A stretch of 64,000 nucleotides of DNA from Octopus sinensis. Lineage: Eukaryota. Below, in pieces: positions 61,797-64,000 of the stretch (position 1 is its first letter; every line of letters begins with the position of its first letter). The translations under genes and the position numbers were made by a program. The notes beneath the pieces are model-generated. The model was not told the DNA's origin. It saw only the letters and a list, made by a program, of their open reading frames with translations, and made no database searches. The DNA is taken from assembly GCF_006345805.1 (NCBI RefSeq), contig NC_042998.1, positions 131,998,001 to 132,062,000 on the forward strand, given 5' to 3'.

Positions 61797-62402
61797 CCAC
61801 ATGACTCTTGATTTGATACCACTGCATTGCATTCTGCAAATGTATTCTACAAAGCTATGCATCTCTGGGAAACAAAATTCATACCTTCTGGCGTTAACGT
61901 AGTGAGGTGCATTATGCATGGTAGAAGATTCGAATTTATAATTATAAATATTATCATCCTTTAAATTTCGGATATATTTCGTCGATGATGTGGAAAAGTG
62001 TCTTTCTCGCTGTCTGAATGCTTACACATATTGTTACAGTCTGCTTTTGAAGGGATATTTAGTAAGTCTTATGTCAGTCATGGAAAAAGCCACATTCCTA
62101 GTTGGCGTGTGTTTTACACATATGATACTGTTTTTCCAAATCTATCAGCCATCACAAAATAATGTTGATAATGTAGTCCTAGAAACACTGTCTAAAAAAC
62201 ATATGAAACACTTAAATGTCTTTCCACAGAAAACTTCCCAATTAGGGTTGATCTGAGATCCAACCGCACCAGTTTCAACAAGAGAGAATCGCTAGATGGT
62301 CATGTGACATGTTTTAAAAGGCAGCTAATTTTTCGTCGAACGCTACGTATCCGAGCGTCTTTAAAAGATATTGAAGATGGTGTAATGAATTAGTATAATG
62401 TA

Positions 62403-62606
62403 CGAGGGGGTGCTGAAAAGTTCTTAGTTTTGGGTAAAAAAAAATACAGAAGGATAAGATAATTATGATTTTATTCAACATATTCTCCTCTCAGACTCAA
62501 ACACTTATTGCAGCGATCCTTCAGTTTTTCTAAGCTCTGTAGAAGAACTGTAGAAGAATTCGGGATGTTGGGCCTCCAACCAGGCCTTTTGCAATACCCT
62601 TTTCAG
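62403..62606 (-). mobile_element. Mariner deletion-derivative MITE (~204 bp)
   Basis: TA|CGAGGGGGTGCTGAAAAGTTC TIR, a degenerate opposite TIR followed by TA, and a transposase C-terminal remnant on the - strand. Confidence 0.85.
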
Positions 62607-63533
62607 TACCACCTCGGTTAGCACCACTACCTGAATCTTTGATGCGATTAGCTGAGTGAATTTTATTCAGACCAGGTCTTCGGTTTTATGATAAATTTCT
62701 CCCTTCCCTCACGAGTCTCAAAGGCTCTGAAAAGCATCTCAGGCATTACCTTTCCTCCTCTGACTAAACAATTAAAAACAAATGCTATATTCCTTCGAAA
62801 AGAAACAAAAGACGTTATTTCGTTTAAATGCTGAAATGCTTTGTTAGGGCTTTTTTTTTTTTACCGATTTTGAATGTTTGCTCTTAAATATTCATGGAAT
62901 ATCCAGAGTCACTTTTTGTTAAAGTTCACAACCAAAGCGGATTAAAGCAACACCATAATCTCCTTAAATTAATGATGAGGAAATATGAGAATGAGACTTG
63001 GGCACATTGGGTTCCTGGTAATGTCTGCTACGATCCATGTAAGTAGTAACCTAGTCTCAAAATCACAGCTCACTGAGGATAAATCAACAACAACAATAAC
63101 AACTGTATCAAAAACGCTGTAAAACACAAAATATAATAACTAGGCTAGATCAAGCAGAGAAGTTTTTAAAGGTCGAAAATATATAGGTAAATATATAACT
63201 TCAGCTATAGTGGATCACAACCAAATATTTCTTGTTTCTTTTCTCATTCTTCTCTGTTGTCTGTTGGCGGTGGTGGCTGTGCGACTGCTGCTGCTGCTGC
63301 TGCTACTGCTGCTATTGCTGTTGTTGTCGTTGTTGTTCTTGTTGCTTCCCAGATTGTTGCTGGAATCGGAATAGGTTAGATTTGCGGATAGACAAGCTGT
63401 ATCCGACTGGTAGCTCGTAGATTGTATATAAAGGTTATGAGGTTACTGAAAAACGCTGAAATAAACAAAACAAACAAGAGAATTTTAGATATCTCGAATT
63501 TTACAACAAAATATCAACATCAACCTGAGCATC

Positions 63534-63534
<1 letters not shown>

Positions 63535-63584
<50 letters not shown>

Positions 63585-63612
63585 ATTAATAATAATAATT
63601 ATTATTATTATA

Positions 63613-63672
<60 letters not shown>

Positions 63673-63689
63673 ATTAATAATAATAATTA

Positions 63690-63723
<34 letters not shown>

Positions 63724-63831
63724 TATTATTAATATTAATAATAATTATTATTATTATTATAATTATTATCATTATTATTATTATTATTATTATTGTTTTT
63801 CTTCTTCTTCTTCTTCTCCTTGCTGTTGTTA

Positions 63832-63862
<31 letters not shown>

Positions 63863-63950
63863 CGATGATGATGATGACGATGATGATGATGATGACGACG
63901 ATGATAATCCTATTATTATTATTATAATTATAATTATTATTATTATTATG
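63535..63950. repeat. Compound (ATT)/(CTT)/(GAT) microsatellite
   Basis: Direct inspection. Confidence 0.95.
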
Positions 63951-64000
63951 AAGTTGCAGTTGGCTAAACAAACTACACATTTGCTGTTCATATAACACAT

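Overview
This is a 64-kb AT-rich, microsatellite-saturated stretch of eukaryotic DNA with one 100-N gap (39600-39699). I could not support any host protein-coding gene, rRNA, tRNA or CRISPR array, and nearly all ORFs in the track are translations of microsatellites. The SINE families look like those of Octopus genomes; this is recognition from memory and has not been checked. Supportable content: two abundant tRNA-derived SINE families (called A and B here); 3' fragments of CR1, RTE and L2/Crack-like LINEs; a cluster of R4/Dong-like restriction-endonuclease LINE fragments sitting in (AAT)n tracts; Tc1 and mariner relics and MITEs; two non-autonomous Helitrons; a non-autonomous hAT-like element; two local tandem duplications; and several long fold-back inverted repeats. 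The most striking signal is about 14 minimal type I hammerhead-ribozyme motifs from several unrelated short repeat families, probably Penelope-like element termini, often at inverted junctions. Their tertiary 3-8 core pair appears as C-G, G-C and U-A in different families, which is covariation consistent with selection on the ribozyme fold. No self-cleavage activity can be shown from sequence alone.
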